From assembly GCA_040379425.1 (NCBI GenBank), contig JBEILC010000001.1:7536-71535 (forward strand): DNA of 64,000 bases. The letters are read 5' to 3'. This DNA is from Hyphomicrobiales bacterium. Its GTDB lineage: Bacteria; Pseudomonadota; Alphaproteobacteria; Rhizobiales; Aestuariivirgaceae. Made by a program: the position numbers and the translations under genes. Below the pieces are notes generated by a model. The model had not been told where the DNA came from. It searched no databases and saw only the letters and a list, made by a program, of their open reading frames with translations. Shown here piece by piece: positions 48,963 through 58,520 of the stretch (the first letter of the stretch is position 1; each line of letters opens with the position of its first letter).

Positions 48963-49834
48963 GCCGCCTTGCCCTCGCCGGAGCCGGCATTCATGGTCTC
49001 CTGCTCGACCTCCGAAATGGTTGGCCGCTCATAGGCTGAAATGGTCTTGCGGCCATGTTCCAGCGCCACCTGGGGCATTGCGCCATTCATGAAGGCCAGC
49101 AGCGTCTGCTTGACGATTACATAGAGGCGCACCTTTTTCTCGCGCACTGTCTTCACCTTCGTCGCCACGGGCCCGAAGACTCCGTAGGAGAAGAGAATGC
49201 CGGCAAAAGTGCCGACGAGTGCGGCGCCGATCAGGTGGCCAAGCACTTCAGGCGGCTGGTCGAGAGATGCCATGGCCTTGATGACACCCAACACCGCCGC
49301 GACGATTCCCAGAGCTGGCAGCGCATCGGCTACGGCCGAAAGCGCCATATAGGCCTTGAGCTTGTCACGCTGGATCGTCTGGATTTCCTCGTCCATCAAG
49401 GCTTCGATTTCGTGGGTGCGAGCATTGCCGATGATGATGAGACGGCAATAGTCGCAAATGAAGTTCGTCATGTCCTTGTCGGCCAGGATCTTTGGAAAGG
49501 ATTTGAAAATGTCGGACTCCGCGGGATTGTCGACATGGACTTCCATTTCGGTTCGCGTCTTGGTGCGGAGTTCACGCATGAGCGCATACAGAATCGCCAG
49601 CGTGTCGAGATAGTCGCGGGGCTTCGGAACGGCCTCCTTGATCGCTTCCATGACCGCCTTGAAGGTGTCCTTCACCACCTTCATGGAGTTCGCCACAAAG
49701 AACGTGCCGATGGCCGAGCCAAGGATGATCACGTATTCCCACGGCTGCCACAGCACGCCGATGTGACCGCCCATGGCGGCAAACCCGCCGAGCAGGCATC
49801 CGAACACGACAACCATGCCGATGACGAATGTCAT
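48959..49834 (-). CDS. motA: Flagellar stator protein MotA
   Basis: [63 protein letters not shown] 49834. Confidence 0.95.
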   Translation of the reverse strand: MTFVIGMVVVFGCLLGGFAAMGGHIGVLWQPWEYVIILGSAIGTFFVANSMKVVKDTFKAVMEAIKEAVPKPRDYLDTLAILYALMRELRTKTRTEMEVHVDNPAESDIFKSFPKILADKDMTNFICDYCRLIIIGNARTHEIEALMDEEIQTIQRDKLKAYMALSAVADALPALGIVAAVLGVIKAMASLDQPPEVLGHLIGAALVGTFAGILFSYGVFGPVATKVKTVREKKVRLYVIVKQTLLAFMNGAMPQVALEHGRKTISAYERPTISEVEQETMNAGSGEGKAA

Positions 49835-49884
49835 GAGCGCCCGTCTTCCCCGCGATATCGACAGTGAACTGCTATTGAACGCGG

Positions 49885-49899
49885 CTTGCGCGGACCTGT
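49885..49899 (-). promoter_or_regulatory. Candidate Rem-type motif upstream of motA
   Basis: - strand ACAG-GTCCGCG-CAAG. Confidence 0.45.
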
Positions 49900-49911
49900 A
49901 GTGGCGGGACG

Positions 49912-49926
49912 TCAGGCCGGAGCAAG
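49912..49926 (+). promoter_or_regulatory. Candidate Rem-type motif upstream of DUF1217-flgF-fliI
   Basis: + strand TCAG-GCCGGAG-CAAG. Confidence 0.45.
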
Positions 49927-49963
49927 GCGGAGGCCTCATTCATCATCGTGCAAGGATTTCAGG

Positions 49964-50746
49964 ATGCTTGGAACAGTTGCACGATATCAGCAGATTGCCC
50001 GCAACGTGGACCGCACGATTGCAACCCTCGCCCAGCGCCCGGATGTCCAGCGCGAGTCGAGCTACTATCTGGCGAACATCCGCAGCGTGAAGTCGGCCGA
50101 CGAGTTTCTCAAGAACGACCGGCTCTACAATTTCGCCATGACCGCCTTCGGCCTCAAGGACATGATCTACGGCAAGGCCTTCATGCGAAAGGTGCTGACA
50201 GAGGGCATTGATGGGCAGAGAAGCTTTGCCCTCCAGCTTTCAGACCAGCGGTTCAGGGATTTCGCGGAGGCATTCAACTTTGCCCGCCACGGCGCCTCCG
50301 CCACGGCTTTTGCCCGTGCCCAGCAGGGGACTGTCGACCGGTTTCTCAGGATCGAGCTCGAAACCGAAGCGGGCCGGAGCGATGAAGGACTAAGGCTTGC
50401 CCTTTATTTCCAGCGCAAGGCGCCTGAGGTCAGCAGTGTGTTCGGCCTCATGGGCGATCCCGCCCTTTATAAGGTTGTCCGCACGGCACTCGGGCTTCCG
50501 GCATCTTATTCCAACACCAATGTCGACACGCAGGCTGCCTTCATCCGCTCCAGGATCAAGATTGAAGATCTCAAGAATCCCGCCTGGCTCGAGTCTTTCG
50601 TCACGCGCTTTGCCGCAAAGTGGCAGGCCACCAATGCCACGGCGGCGCCTGCCGTGCCGCAGCTCGGTATCGGCCGCCCGATCCTTGCGAGCTTCGATAA
50701 CTCCCTCTTGCTCAGCATGCAGCTTCTGAAAGGAATCAATCGCTGA
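49964..50746 (+). CDS. DUF1217 domain flagellar protein
   Basis: YYLANI, FL...RLYNFAMTAFGL, LRLALYFQRKAP, VVRTALGLP. ATG 49964 inferred. Confidence 0.85.
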   Translation: MLGTVARYQQIARNVDRTIATLAQRPDVQRESSYYLANIRSVKSADEFLKNDRLYNFAMTAFGLKDMIYGKAFMRKVLTEGIDGQRSFALQLSDQRFRDFAEAFNFARHGASATAFARAQQGTVDRFLRIELETEAGRSDEGLRLALYFQRKAPEVSSVFGLMGDPALYKVVRTALGLPASYSNTNVDTQAAFIRSRIKIEDLKNPAWLESFVTRFAAKWQATNATAAPAVPQLGIGRPILASFDNSLLLSMQLLKGINR

Positions 50747-51474
50747 TGGATGTCAACGCACATGTCGCACTGTCCGGGCAACTGGCGCAGTCGAGGAGGC
50801 TTGAGACAATCGCGAACAACGTGGCCAACGCCGGAACTGCCGGCTTCCGGGCTGAGGGAATCTCTTTCGCCACCGTCGTATCCAAGACCAACCCCTTTGA
50901 TACCAGCTTTGCGGCCGACGGCGCCTCGCACGTCGATTTGCGAAGCGGCGCCTTCAAAGCAACTGGCAATCCGCTGGACATCGCCATACAGGGCTCAGGC
51001 TTTCTGGCGATCGAGACGCCGGAAGGAACAGCCTACACGCGCGATGGCCGCTTGCAGCTGTTGCCCACGGGCGACATCGTCACACTCAACGGACATCCCG
51101 TCCTTGATGCCGCCGGTGCACCGCTCGCAGGCAATCCCCGTGGTGGCGCATTCGAGATCTCGCGTGATGGCGCCATTCGCCAGGATGGCCGGACTGTCGG
51201 CGCCTTGGGCCTGTTCGAAATTGATCTCGGGCGGGGCTATCAGCGTTATGAAAACGCAGCATTTCTAGGCGTCGCCGCGGCTGAACCGGTTCAGGACTTC
51301 GCAGCGAATGGCGTGGTCCAGGGCTTCGTCGAGGGATCCAACGTCAATCCCATTCTCGAGATGACGCGGTTGATCGAGGTGCAGCGGGCCTTCGAGTCGG
51401 TCAGTGCCAGCCTTGATCAGCAGGATAACGCCCTGCGCGACACCATCCAGGCCCTGGGCCCGCGCGGATCATGA
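50746..51474 (+). CDS. flgF: Proximal rod protein FlgF
   Basis: IANNVANAGTAGFR, TGNPLDIAIQG, YTRDGR, EGSNVNPILEM. Confidence 0.93.
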   Translation: MDVNAHVALSGQLAQSRRLETIANNVANAGTAGFRAEGISFATVVSKTNPFDTSFAADGASHVDLRSGAFKATGNPLDIAIQGSGFLAIETPEGTAYTRDGRLQLLPTGDIVTLNGHPVLDAAGAPLAGNPRGGAFEISRDGAIRQDGRTVGALGLFEIDLGRGYQRYENAAFLGVAAAEPVQDFAANGVVQGFVEGSNVNPILEMTRLIEVQRAFESVSASLDQQDNALRDTIQALGPRGS

Positions 51475-52826
51475 TCATCACGGCGGACCCATATCTCCGC
51501 CGCCCGCTCAGGGACATGGCATGGCGCATCGCCAGGACGGCGCAGTCCATTCCCTTCGCCCGGCCCATCGGCGAGGTGCGTGCCGTTGGACCCTCCGCAA
51601 TCGAGATCGCCGGGCTGTCACAATCTCTGCGCCTCGGCTCCCTGGTCGAAATCGCGACATCGCGCGGGCCGGAGCTCGCCGAGGTCATCAAGCTCGAACA
51701 CGCCTTCGTTCATTGCAAGCCATACGATGCCCGCGCCGCCATCGCCCTGTCGGACGCAGTTTCGGCGCGCGGTGAATTACTCTTCAGTCCACACGCGGCG
51801 TGGAAGGGCCGAATCATCGATGCGCTGGGGCAGCCCGCTGATGGTGGCCCGCCACTGCGCCAGGGCGCGCGCGCCATCGGCCTCGCCTCGGCTCCTCCGA
51901 AGGCTATGGCGCGCCGCATTGTTTCCCAAGGTGTGGCCACTGGCGTGCGTGTCATCGACTGCTTCACGCCTGTCTGCCTTGGGCAGCGAATCGGCATCTT
52001 CGCCGGTTCCGGGGTCGGCAAGTCGACCCTTCTGTCGATGATTGCGCGGGCGACGGCGTTCGATTGCGTCATCGTTGCGCTGGTGGGCGAGCGGGGACGC
52101 GAGGTGAGAGAGTTCGTCGAGCACACGCTGGGCGATGCTGCTGCCAATGCCATCACCGTCGTCGCCACGGGTGATGAAAGCCCCATGATGCGCCGCCTTG
52201 CGCCCCAACTCGCGACCGCGCTGGCGGAGCATTTCCGCGATGCCGGTCAGAACGTACTTCTGATCATGGATTCGGTGACGCGCTATGCTCACGCCTGCCG
52301 CGAAGTGGCGCTCGCAGCGGGTGAGCCCCCGGTCGCGCGCGGCTATCCACCCTCCGTCTTCAGCGACCTGCCGCAACTCCTGGAGCGAGCAGGCCCGGGC
52401 GCGGAGGGGCAGGGCACGATCACGGGCATCTACGCTGTGCTTGTCGATGGCGATGACCATAATGATCCTGTGGCGGATACTGTCCGCGGCACGCTGGATG
52501 GTCATGTCGTGCTGGACCGTGCCATTGGCGAGCAGGGCCGCTATCCGGCGGTCAACCTTCTCACCTCGCTGTCGCGCCTGGCACAGCGGGTTTGGTCGGC
52601 CGATCAGGCGAGAGTGGTGCAGGAGTTGAAACGCCTTGCCGCCAGATTCGAAGATACCAGGGACCTGCGCGCCATGGGTGGTTATGTGCAGGGCGCTGAT
52701 CCGGAATTGGACCGCGCTGTGGAGATCGTGCCGAAACTCTACAAGATCCTCTCCCAGTCGGCTTCGGAACCTCCCTCGCCTGACGCCTTCCGCGACATTG
52801 CAGCCGGGCTTTCAGGATCCGGATGA
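51471..52826 (+). CDS. fliI: Flagellar export ATPase
   Basis: [54 protein letters not shown]. Confidence 0.96.
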   Translation: MIITADPYLRRPLRDMAWRIARTAQSIPFARPIGEVRAVGPSAIEIAGLSQSLRLGSLVEIATSRGPELAEVIKLEHAFVHCKPYDARAAIALSDAVSARGELLFSPHAAWKGRIIDALGQPADGGPPLRQGARAIGLASAPPKAMARRIVSQGVATGVRVIDCFTPVCLGQRIGIFAGSGVGKSTLLSMIARATAFDCVIVALVGERGREVREFVEHTLGDAAANAITVVATGDESPMMRRLAPQLATALAEHFRDAGQNVLLIMDSVTRYAHACREVALAAGEPPVARGYPPSVFSDLPQLLERAGPGAEGQGTITGIYAVLVDGDDHNDPVADTVRGTLDGHVVLDRAIGEQGRYPAVNLLTSLSRLAQRVWSADQARVVQELKRLAARFEDTRDLRAMGGYVQGADPELDRAVEIVPKLYKILSQSASEPPSPDAFRDIAAGLSGSG

Positions 52827-53498
52827 GGTCCGGGACACGATCTGGTAGCCAAGATAGCGCTTGGTATCGATCGGGTCATAACCCAGAACGCCGCGCAGTT
52901 TCTTCCGGAGCTTGCTGATGTGGCTTTCAACCACGCTTTCCTCGACTTCTTCGTCGAACAGTCCATAGACCGCATTGAAGATCTGGTTGCGGGTGACGCG
53001 GCGGCTGCGGTTGGCCACCAGATATTCGAGGATGCGCCGCTCCCGCCGCGGCAAGGCGAGGGGGGAGCCGCTGACTTCCGGGTCACGCCCGTCATTGAAG
53101 ACCCGCAGTTCACCGACGGCGGTGGACTTTGCACCCGCGGCAGCGCGCCGGCGGATTGCGCTGATTCGCGCGATGATCTCCCGCGCATGAACTGGCTTGC
53201 GGATGACGTCGTCGGCGCCAGCAGCGAAGAGCTTGAGCGTTGATTCGAGCCCAGTCGTGTCATTGAGCGCGATAGCGGGTGCCTCGCTCCGGGTCTTGAT
53301 CACCCGGGTCACTGTCTCCCGGCAGTCGAAGTCGCCAAGGATGAAGGCTTCGATGGCAGCAAGATCTGGCCCGCTGGTGGAGTGGAACCAGTTGTCGAAA
53401 TCGGAGGGCGTGAAGCTTGCAGTGGAAAATCCTTCGCGCCCGAAGCTTGCCCGGTAGGCGGATGTCACATCGATTCGGTCGTCCACGAGTATGATCAT
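52812..53498 (-). CDS. rem: OmpR-family flagellar master regulator (Rem/FtcR/LafR type)
   Basis: [14 protein letters not shown] in place of the phospho-Asp strand, [47 protein letters not shown]. Confidence 0.88.
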   Translation of the reverse strand: MIILVDDRIDVTSAYRASFGREGFSTASFTPSDFDNWFHSTSGPDLAAIEAFILGDFDCRETVTRVIKTRSEAPAIALNDTTGLESTLKLFAAGADDVIRKPVHAREIIARISAIRRRAAAGAKSTAVGELRVFNDGRDPEVSGSPLALPRRERRILEYLVANRSRRVTRNQIFNAVYGLFDEEVEESVVESHISKLRKKLRGVLGYDPIDTKRYLGYQIVSRTSSGS

Positions 53499-53540
53499 GA
53501 CTGTAATCTGCTTTCCATCTGGCCAGTCTGGCCGATTCAT

Positions 53541-53808
53541 AGTTGTGAAGATGAGTAATGATCTGTTTGTTTGGTTAATACAGAGTTAACGTTCAGTATT
53601 ATCAGTGAATTGTACTTCATTTATGACTTGCTTTAATGTAGAAATACTTAGATAAGGATCAGGATAATGAGTGATAATAAGAACCTTCGAGCAGGTTCAT
53701 GGGTTGCCATGAAATTGATCTGGTGCAAGATTGCCCGGATATGTGGTTGCACGTATCGATTGGCAGCGATAACGCTATTGCATCCTAAGCGGGAATTTTC
53801 TATCACAA
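53541..53808. promoter_or_regulatory. AT-rich divergent control region between rem and the MerR gene
   Basis: Conspicuously AT-rich stretch (especially about 53550-53680) in a GC-rich background; contains a CtrA box and an inverted repeat. Confidence 0.7.
53575..53590. promoter_or_regulatory. CtrA box TTAA-N7-TTAAC upstream of rem
   Basis: TTAA-TACAGAG-TTAAC, a perfect match about 77 nt upstream of the rem ATG. Confidence 0.75.
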
Positions 53809-53853
53809 TTGACGAGAGCAGTTAGCTCAGAAGCCTTGCGGAAGGGACAAAGC

Positions 53854-54267
53854 GTGGAACAACGGATTAATGGGACGACAACGGCCGGGGATGCGGGCGA
53901 CAACTCCCCACATAACGGGTTTCTGTTCATCGGAGAACTTGCCAAGCTGACCGGAACCGATCCCAAGACGATCCGCTTTTATGAGCGCGCAGAACTCATC
54001 TCGCCGCCCCGGCATGGCCGCTTCCGAACCTATCTGGCGAGTGACGTCCGTCGCCTGAAGAACGTTCTTACCTTGCGCCGCCTCGGAGTGCCCATCGCCC
54101 AGATCCGTGAGATCCTTGCGGTTCTCTCGCCGGAGGAGGATGTGCTGGCGAGCGAAAAGGCGGTGAGCCTGCTCCGGCAGCATCTCTCAACCCTGCAGAG
54201 CCGCCAGGCCGAGATCACCCAGCAGATTGAGAAGACAAGCTCAGCGCTTCACAGCCTCGTTGCCTGA
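53854..54267 (+). CDS. MerR-family transcriptional regulator (short, no Cys)
   Basis: FIGELAKLTG.DPKTIRFYE..LI.P.R....R.Y...DV.RL..VL.LR.LG..IAQIREIL, then a coiled coil. GTG 53854 start inferred. Confidence 0.88.
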   Translation: MEQRINGTTTAGDAGDNSPHNGFLFIGELAKLTGTDPKTIRFYERAELISPPRHGRFRTYLASDVRRLKNVLTLRRLGVPIAQIREILAVLSPEEDVLASEKAVSLLRQHLSTLQSRQAEITQQIEKTSSALHSLVA

Positions 54268-54295
54268 CAGCGAGTACGCTAACCGCAACGCCGCC

Positions 54296-56365
54296 CTATC
54301 GTGTGAAAGACGCGGCGTTGCCTCCATCGACGTTCAGGAAATTGCCCGTCGACTTGTTCGAAACATCGGAAGCGAAGAAATAGACCGCCTCCGCGATGTC
54401 CTCGGGGAAAACCGAGCGCTGCAGCAGGGAGCGCTTGCGGTAGTGTTCCTCGAGGTCGTCCTCGCTGATCTTGAGCGAGGCCGCGCGCTGATAGCGCCAT
54501 GGGCCCTGCCAGATCTTGGAGCCCCGCAGCACGGCATCCGGGTTGACAGCATTGACGCGGATGCCAAGCGGCGCACCTTCGAGCGCCATGCATCGGGCGA
54601 GGTGAAGCTCGGCGGCCTTCACCGCGCAGTAGGCTGATGCTCCAGGAGAGGCCGCCACGGCATTCTTCGAGCAGATGAATATCATGGAGCCCCCGAGTGC
54701 CTGCCGCTTCAGCAACCGGTAGCCTTCCCGGCCCACCATGAAGTAACCCGCTCCCATCACCTCCTGGTTCTTGTTCCAGAGTTCGAGTGTCGTATCCTCG
54801 ACGGGCGCCGAAATGGTGATGCCGGCATTGTTGACGACGATATCCACGCCGCCGAAAGCCAGCGCTGTCTCATTCATCGCGGCAATCACGGCTGGCTCGG
54901 ACGTGACATCCATCTTGATGCCGCGAACATTGTCCTTGCTGTAGACTGCTCCGAAGCCCGCGGTCACTTCATCCAAAGAGCCCTGGTCGATATCGGCGAG
55001 GGCAACGCAAGCTCCTTCCGACAGAAGCTTCGCTGCAATCGCGGATCCGATTCCGCCCGCTCCACCCGTGATGAAGGCGATGCGTCCGGCGAGGCTCTTG
55101 GGCTTGGGCATGCGGGCGAGCTTCGCCTCCTCCAGGAGCCAGTATTCGATGTTGAAGGCCTCCTGCTCCGGCAGTCCCCTGTAGGCTGAAACCCCGGACG
55201 CGCCGCGCATCACATTGATCGCATTCACATAGAACTCCGCCGCGATGCGCGCTGTCGCCTTGTCCTTGGCAAAGGACAGCATGCCGACGCGCGGCACCAG
55301 ATAGATCACCGCATTCGGATCGCGGAGTGCCGGTGAATCGGAATGTTTGCAGCGTTCATAATAGGCCGCGTAGTCCGCGCGGTAGCCATCGATCAGCTTG
55401 TCGAGATCCGCGCCCTCAACATCATGCGGAATGATCAGGGGACGGATCTTGGTGCGCAGGAAATGATCCGGGCAGGACGTGCCGAGCGGCGCCAGTTGCT
55501 CCAGCATGTTGGAATTGACGAATTCGAGGACTTCAGGCGAATCGACGAAGTGGCCGATCTTGCGCTCATGCTTTGAAATCCGGCCGCGGATCTCCGGCAG
55601 CAGGCGCAGCGCCACGGCACGGCGTTCGGCCTCCGGCAGGGCGCTCACCTTCGCACCTTTGAATGCGGGCCGCTCGCGCGTCCGCTCAAGCCAGACGGCT
55701 GCCTTATTGATGATACGCAGCGTGGTGTCGTAGCAGTCCTTGGCCGTGTTTGCCCAGGTGAACAGGCCGTGGCTTCCCAGCACCACGCCGACAAAGTGCG
55801 GGTTATTTCTCGCCATCTCGCCGAGCTTGATGCCGAGGTCGATGCCGGGGCGCTGCCAGGGCAGATAGCCCATCTCGTCACCGAAGACCTCCCGTGTCAG
55901 CCGCTCGGAATCCTCAGACGCTGCGATGGCGATCACCGCATCGGAATGAACATGGTCGACATGCGCAAAAGGCACATAGCCATGAAGGCATGTGTCGATC
56001 GACGGCGCCCGCGGGTTCAGGTTGAAGGTGCAGTGATTGAGTGCATGAACCATCGCATCTTCCTGGTCGAGGCTCTTATACAGTCCCTTCAGGGACTCGA
56101 GCTTGTCCATGTAGAGCGTCGCGAAACCATCGAGCTTCATCGAGCCAATGTCGCCGCCTGAGCCCTTGACCCACAGTACCTCAACGGCAGTTCCGTTGAG
56201 GGGATCCGTCATCGCGACCTTGGCGGAGGTGTTGCCACCACCGAAATTCGTGATCCGCAGGTCCGCGCCCAGAAGGTTCGAGCGGTAGAGGAGGAGACCC
56301 GGTTCATCGAGGCCTGAGGCCCTGGCATCATCCCAAAGGGAGGGAACGGTCACGGAATTGCTCAT
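54296..56365 (-). CDS. Bifunctional rhamnulose-1-phosphate aldolase / short-chain dehydrogenase
   Basis: TNFGGGNTSAK, KGSGGD, DHVHSDA, GTSCPDHFLRTK, EYWLLEEAKL, TGGAGGIG, YCAVK, NVDGG. Confidence 0.9.
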   Translation of the reverse strand: MSNSVTVPSLWDDARASGLDEPGLLLYRSNLLGADLRITNFGGGNTSAKVAMTDPLNGTAVEVLWVKGSGGDIGSMKLDGFATLYMDKLESLKGLYKSLDQEDAMVHALNHCTFNLNPRAPSIDTCLHGYVPFAHVDHVHSDAVIAIAASEDSERLTREVFGDEMGYLPWQRPGIDLGIKLGEMARNNPHFVGVVLGSHGLFTWANTAKDCYDTTLRIINKAAVWLERTRERPAFKGAKVSALPEAERRAVALRLLPEIRGRISKHERKIGHFVDSPEVLEFVNSNMLEQLAPLGTSCPDHFLRTKIRPLIIPHDVEGADLDKLIDGYRADYAAYYERCKHSDSPALRDPNAVIYLVPRVGMLSFAKDKATARIAAEFYVNAINVMRGASGVSAYRGLPEQEAFNIEYWLLEEAKLARMPKPKSLAGRIAFITGGAGGIGSAIAAKLLSEGACVALADIDQGSLDEVTAGFGAVYSKDNVRGIKMDVTSEPAVIAAMNETALAFGGVDIVVNNAGITISAPVEDTTLELWNKNQEVMGAGYFMVGREGYRLLKRQALGGSMIFICSKNAVAASPGASAYCAVKAAELHLARCMALEGAPLGIRVNAVNPDAVLRGSKIWQGPWRYQRAASLKISEDDLEEHYRKRSLLQRSVFPEDIAEAVYFFASDVSNKSTGNFLNVDGGNAASFTR

Positions 56366-56519
56366 GGGACACTCTCATTCAGCCAGGTCGGGACACGGGG
56401 AAGACGCTGCTTAGCGCCCTTCCGGACCGATGACAAACGTCTGTCGCCTGACTGCGCCATTTCAATTCCGCAACCATTCTGCCCAAACTTGGCCCGGATT
56501 CGATCTATAACCCTGCCCC

Positions 56520-58517
56520 ATGCCGAAAATACTCCTTCCGCTCTTTGCCCTGCTCGCGGCCATGTTTGCCTTGCCCGTCCAGGCACAAACGCTTGGTACC
56601 AGCCAGTTCAGGATCGAATGGCAGGTCGCCAACCGCTTCCGGCTGTTCCAGGACCCTCAATTCTTCAAGCTGCATGAGAATGCCTGGCGGCAATATCTGC
56701 TGCACGTCGACAACCAGGGAATGATCTCCGATGAGCGTGACGCCTTCGTCGCCCGCACCTCCGTCTTGGGGTCAGAGCATGTTCTGAATGACCGCTACAT
56801 CGCCTTCTCCAACATCCTGCGCAAGAATTTCGACTGGCGCGGCTGGGCCGCGCGGGGGCAGGAACAGCTCTGTTATGACGCAAAGAAGCGCAACCACTCG
56901 GCCTGTGGCGGAACCGAGGCCTACATCAACCCGCAAAGCCACGGCATCGAACTGTGGCTTGCCGGCCAGGGCGTGGCGGTTCCCACCACCGCGATCTGCG
57001 AATGGCGGATCGACAGCAGGCTGGTCGCTAAAACATCCTGCGCGGAGCGGGTCAGTGGCCCTGGCATTGAACTCCCTTATCCCGGGGGTGCCGAGATCTC
57101 GGTCAATGTGGTGGGAGAGCCGCCCATCATCTCCGAGGCGCGGGTCCGGGACCTGCTGATTGCCGGCCTGGGAGACAGTTTTGCCTCGGGCGAGGGCAAC
57201 CCCAACATGCCCGTCGCCTTTTCTGAAACACGCCGCTTCCGCAATCTCTATCCCGAGCGCAAGCGCAACGATGCGGGCGGCAATGCACAGTGGACTGATG
57301 AACTCTGCCACCGCTCACTTTACGGTCAGCAATTGCGTGCCGCCCTGCAGATCGCCATCGAGAACCCGCAAGCCTCGGTGACCTTCCTCGATCTCTCCTG
57401 TTCGGGTGCCGGCATCATGGACGGCATTCTCGGACCCCAAACCTATGTGGGACGCGTGTCCAGCGGCGACCGGGCCAGCAACACCCTTTCCGCACGTGCC
57501 GTCTCGGGCGGTGAGCAGGACTCGCAGCTCTACCGGTTGATGCGGGAACTCTGCCGCCAACGGCCGGAGATCAGGCGCGGCTTGCCGCGCTGCCCGGACA
57601 ATGATTTCAGGCGGACGCTCGATTTCCTGTTCCTTTCGGCGGGCGGCAACGACATCGGCTTTTCCAACATCGTGGCCTGGGCCTCGCTCCGCGACAATGC
57701 CTCCGCCACCATCGCCAGCTTTTTCGGCGCCACGGTGAGCGATGACGAGTTCGCGCGCCGGATGCGTGATGTCCTGCCCGAATCCTATGCCCGCCTCGCT
57801 TCGGCTCTCGAGGCGGCCGTTCCCGTGACATCGGCTGGCGATGGCGTGTTCGATCCCTCGCGCATCGTGCTCACGGCCTATCCCGACCTTGTCACCAACG
57901 CGGCTGGTGAAATCTGCGAGGCAGCGCCAACCGAAGGCGAGGGCGAGGACCGTTATGCAGCCAACCAGTCGCTCGACATGTTTTCATCCTGGCTCACGGC
58001 AAGGGCCTCGCGCCTCGAGGCCGTGCGGGCACAGTTCTCCAATCTGCACAAGCGCATGCGGGACCTTGCCGGTGATCATGGCTGGACCTTCGCGGGGCGC
58101 GTCTATGCCGACAGGATGTTCGAAGGCCGCGGCTTCTGCGCGCGAAACCTGAGGCGGCTTGATGACCCGGCGGAGCAGCTCATGATGCCCTGTTTCGGCT
58201 CCGCCGAGCGGGATACCCAGACCTGCCAGCCGCAGTTTTCCTCCAGGCAAGGAAACTGGCGGCCGTACAAGCCCGCGACCCAGAACTATCCATATGCCAT
58301 GCGCCAGCGCTGGGTCCGGAGTTTCAACGACGCCTATATGGTCATGAACCAGAAGGTGATCGATCGTTTCGGCAAGATCGACGAGCAGGCTTCAGCGGCG
58401 GTATTCTCTGAAACCACGGGAGCCCTCCACCCGACGGCTGAGGGGCATGCCGCCATGGCGGACGGCGTGATGCTCACGCTCCGGCCGGCGCTCTATGAGA
58501 TGCTCTACGGCGGGTAG
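56520..58517 (+). CDS. Large secreted protein with an SGNH/GDSL-hydrolase-like domain
   Basis: Signal peptide (..ALPVQA); block I AGLGDSFASGEGNP; LSCSGA; block III GGNDIGF; block V ALHPTAEGH. Confidence 0.7.
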   Translation: MPKILLPLFALLAAMFALPVQAQTLGTSQFRIEWQVANRFRLFQDPQFFKLHENAWRQYLLHVDNQGMISDERDAFVARTSVLGSEHVLNDRYIAFSNILRKNFDWRGWAARGQEQLCYDAKKRNHSACGGTEAYINPQSHGIELWLAGQGVAVPTTAICEWRIDSRLVAKTSCAERVSGPGIELPYPGGAEISVNVVGEPPIISEARVRDLLIAGLGDSFASGEGNPNMPVAFSETRRFRNLYPERKRNDAGGNAQWTDELCHRSLYGQQLRAALQIAIENPQASVTFLDLSCSGAGIMDGILGPQTYVGRVSSGDRASNTLSARAVSGGEQDSQLYRLMRELCRQRPEIRRGLPRCPDNDFRRTLDFLFLSAGGNDIGFSNIVAWASLRDNASATIASFFGATVSDDEFARRMRDVLPESYARLASALEAAVPVTSAGDGVFDPSRIVLTAYPDLVTNAAGEICEAAPTEGEGEDRYAANQSLDMFSSWLTARASRLEAVRAQFSNLHKRMRDLAGDHGWTFAGRVYADRMFEGRGFCARNLRRLDDPAEQLMMPCFGSAERDTQTCQPQFSSRQGNWRPYKPATQNYPYAMRQRWVRSFNDAYMVMNQKVIDRFGKIDEQASAAVFSETTGALHPTAEGHAAMADGVMLTLRPALYEMLYGG

Positions 58518-58520
58518 TGA

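Noticed and set aside
52812-53498. Missing phospho-acceptor Asp in the response regulator as a sign of pseudogenisation
   Set aside because: An atypical receiver is the known state of Rem/FtcR-type regulators.
19300-53500. Flagellar block as a horizontally acquired low-GC island
   Set aside because: Hand-counted lines in flgL and flgE looked less GC-rich, but fliI is very GC-rich, and there is no integrase, tRNA or direct repeat at the borders. A GC3 or tetranucleotide profile is needed before any claim.
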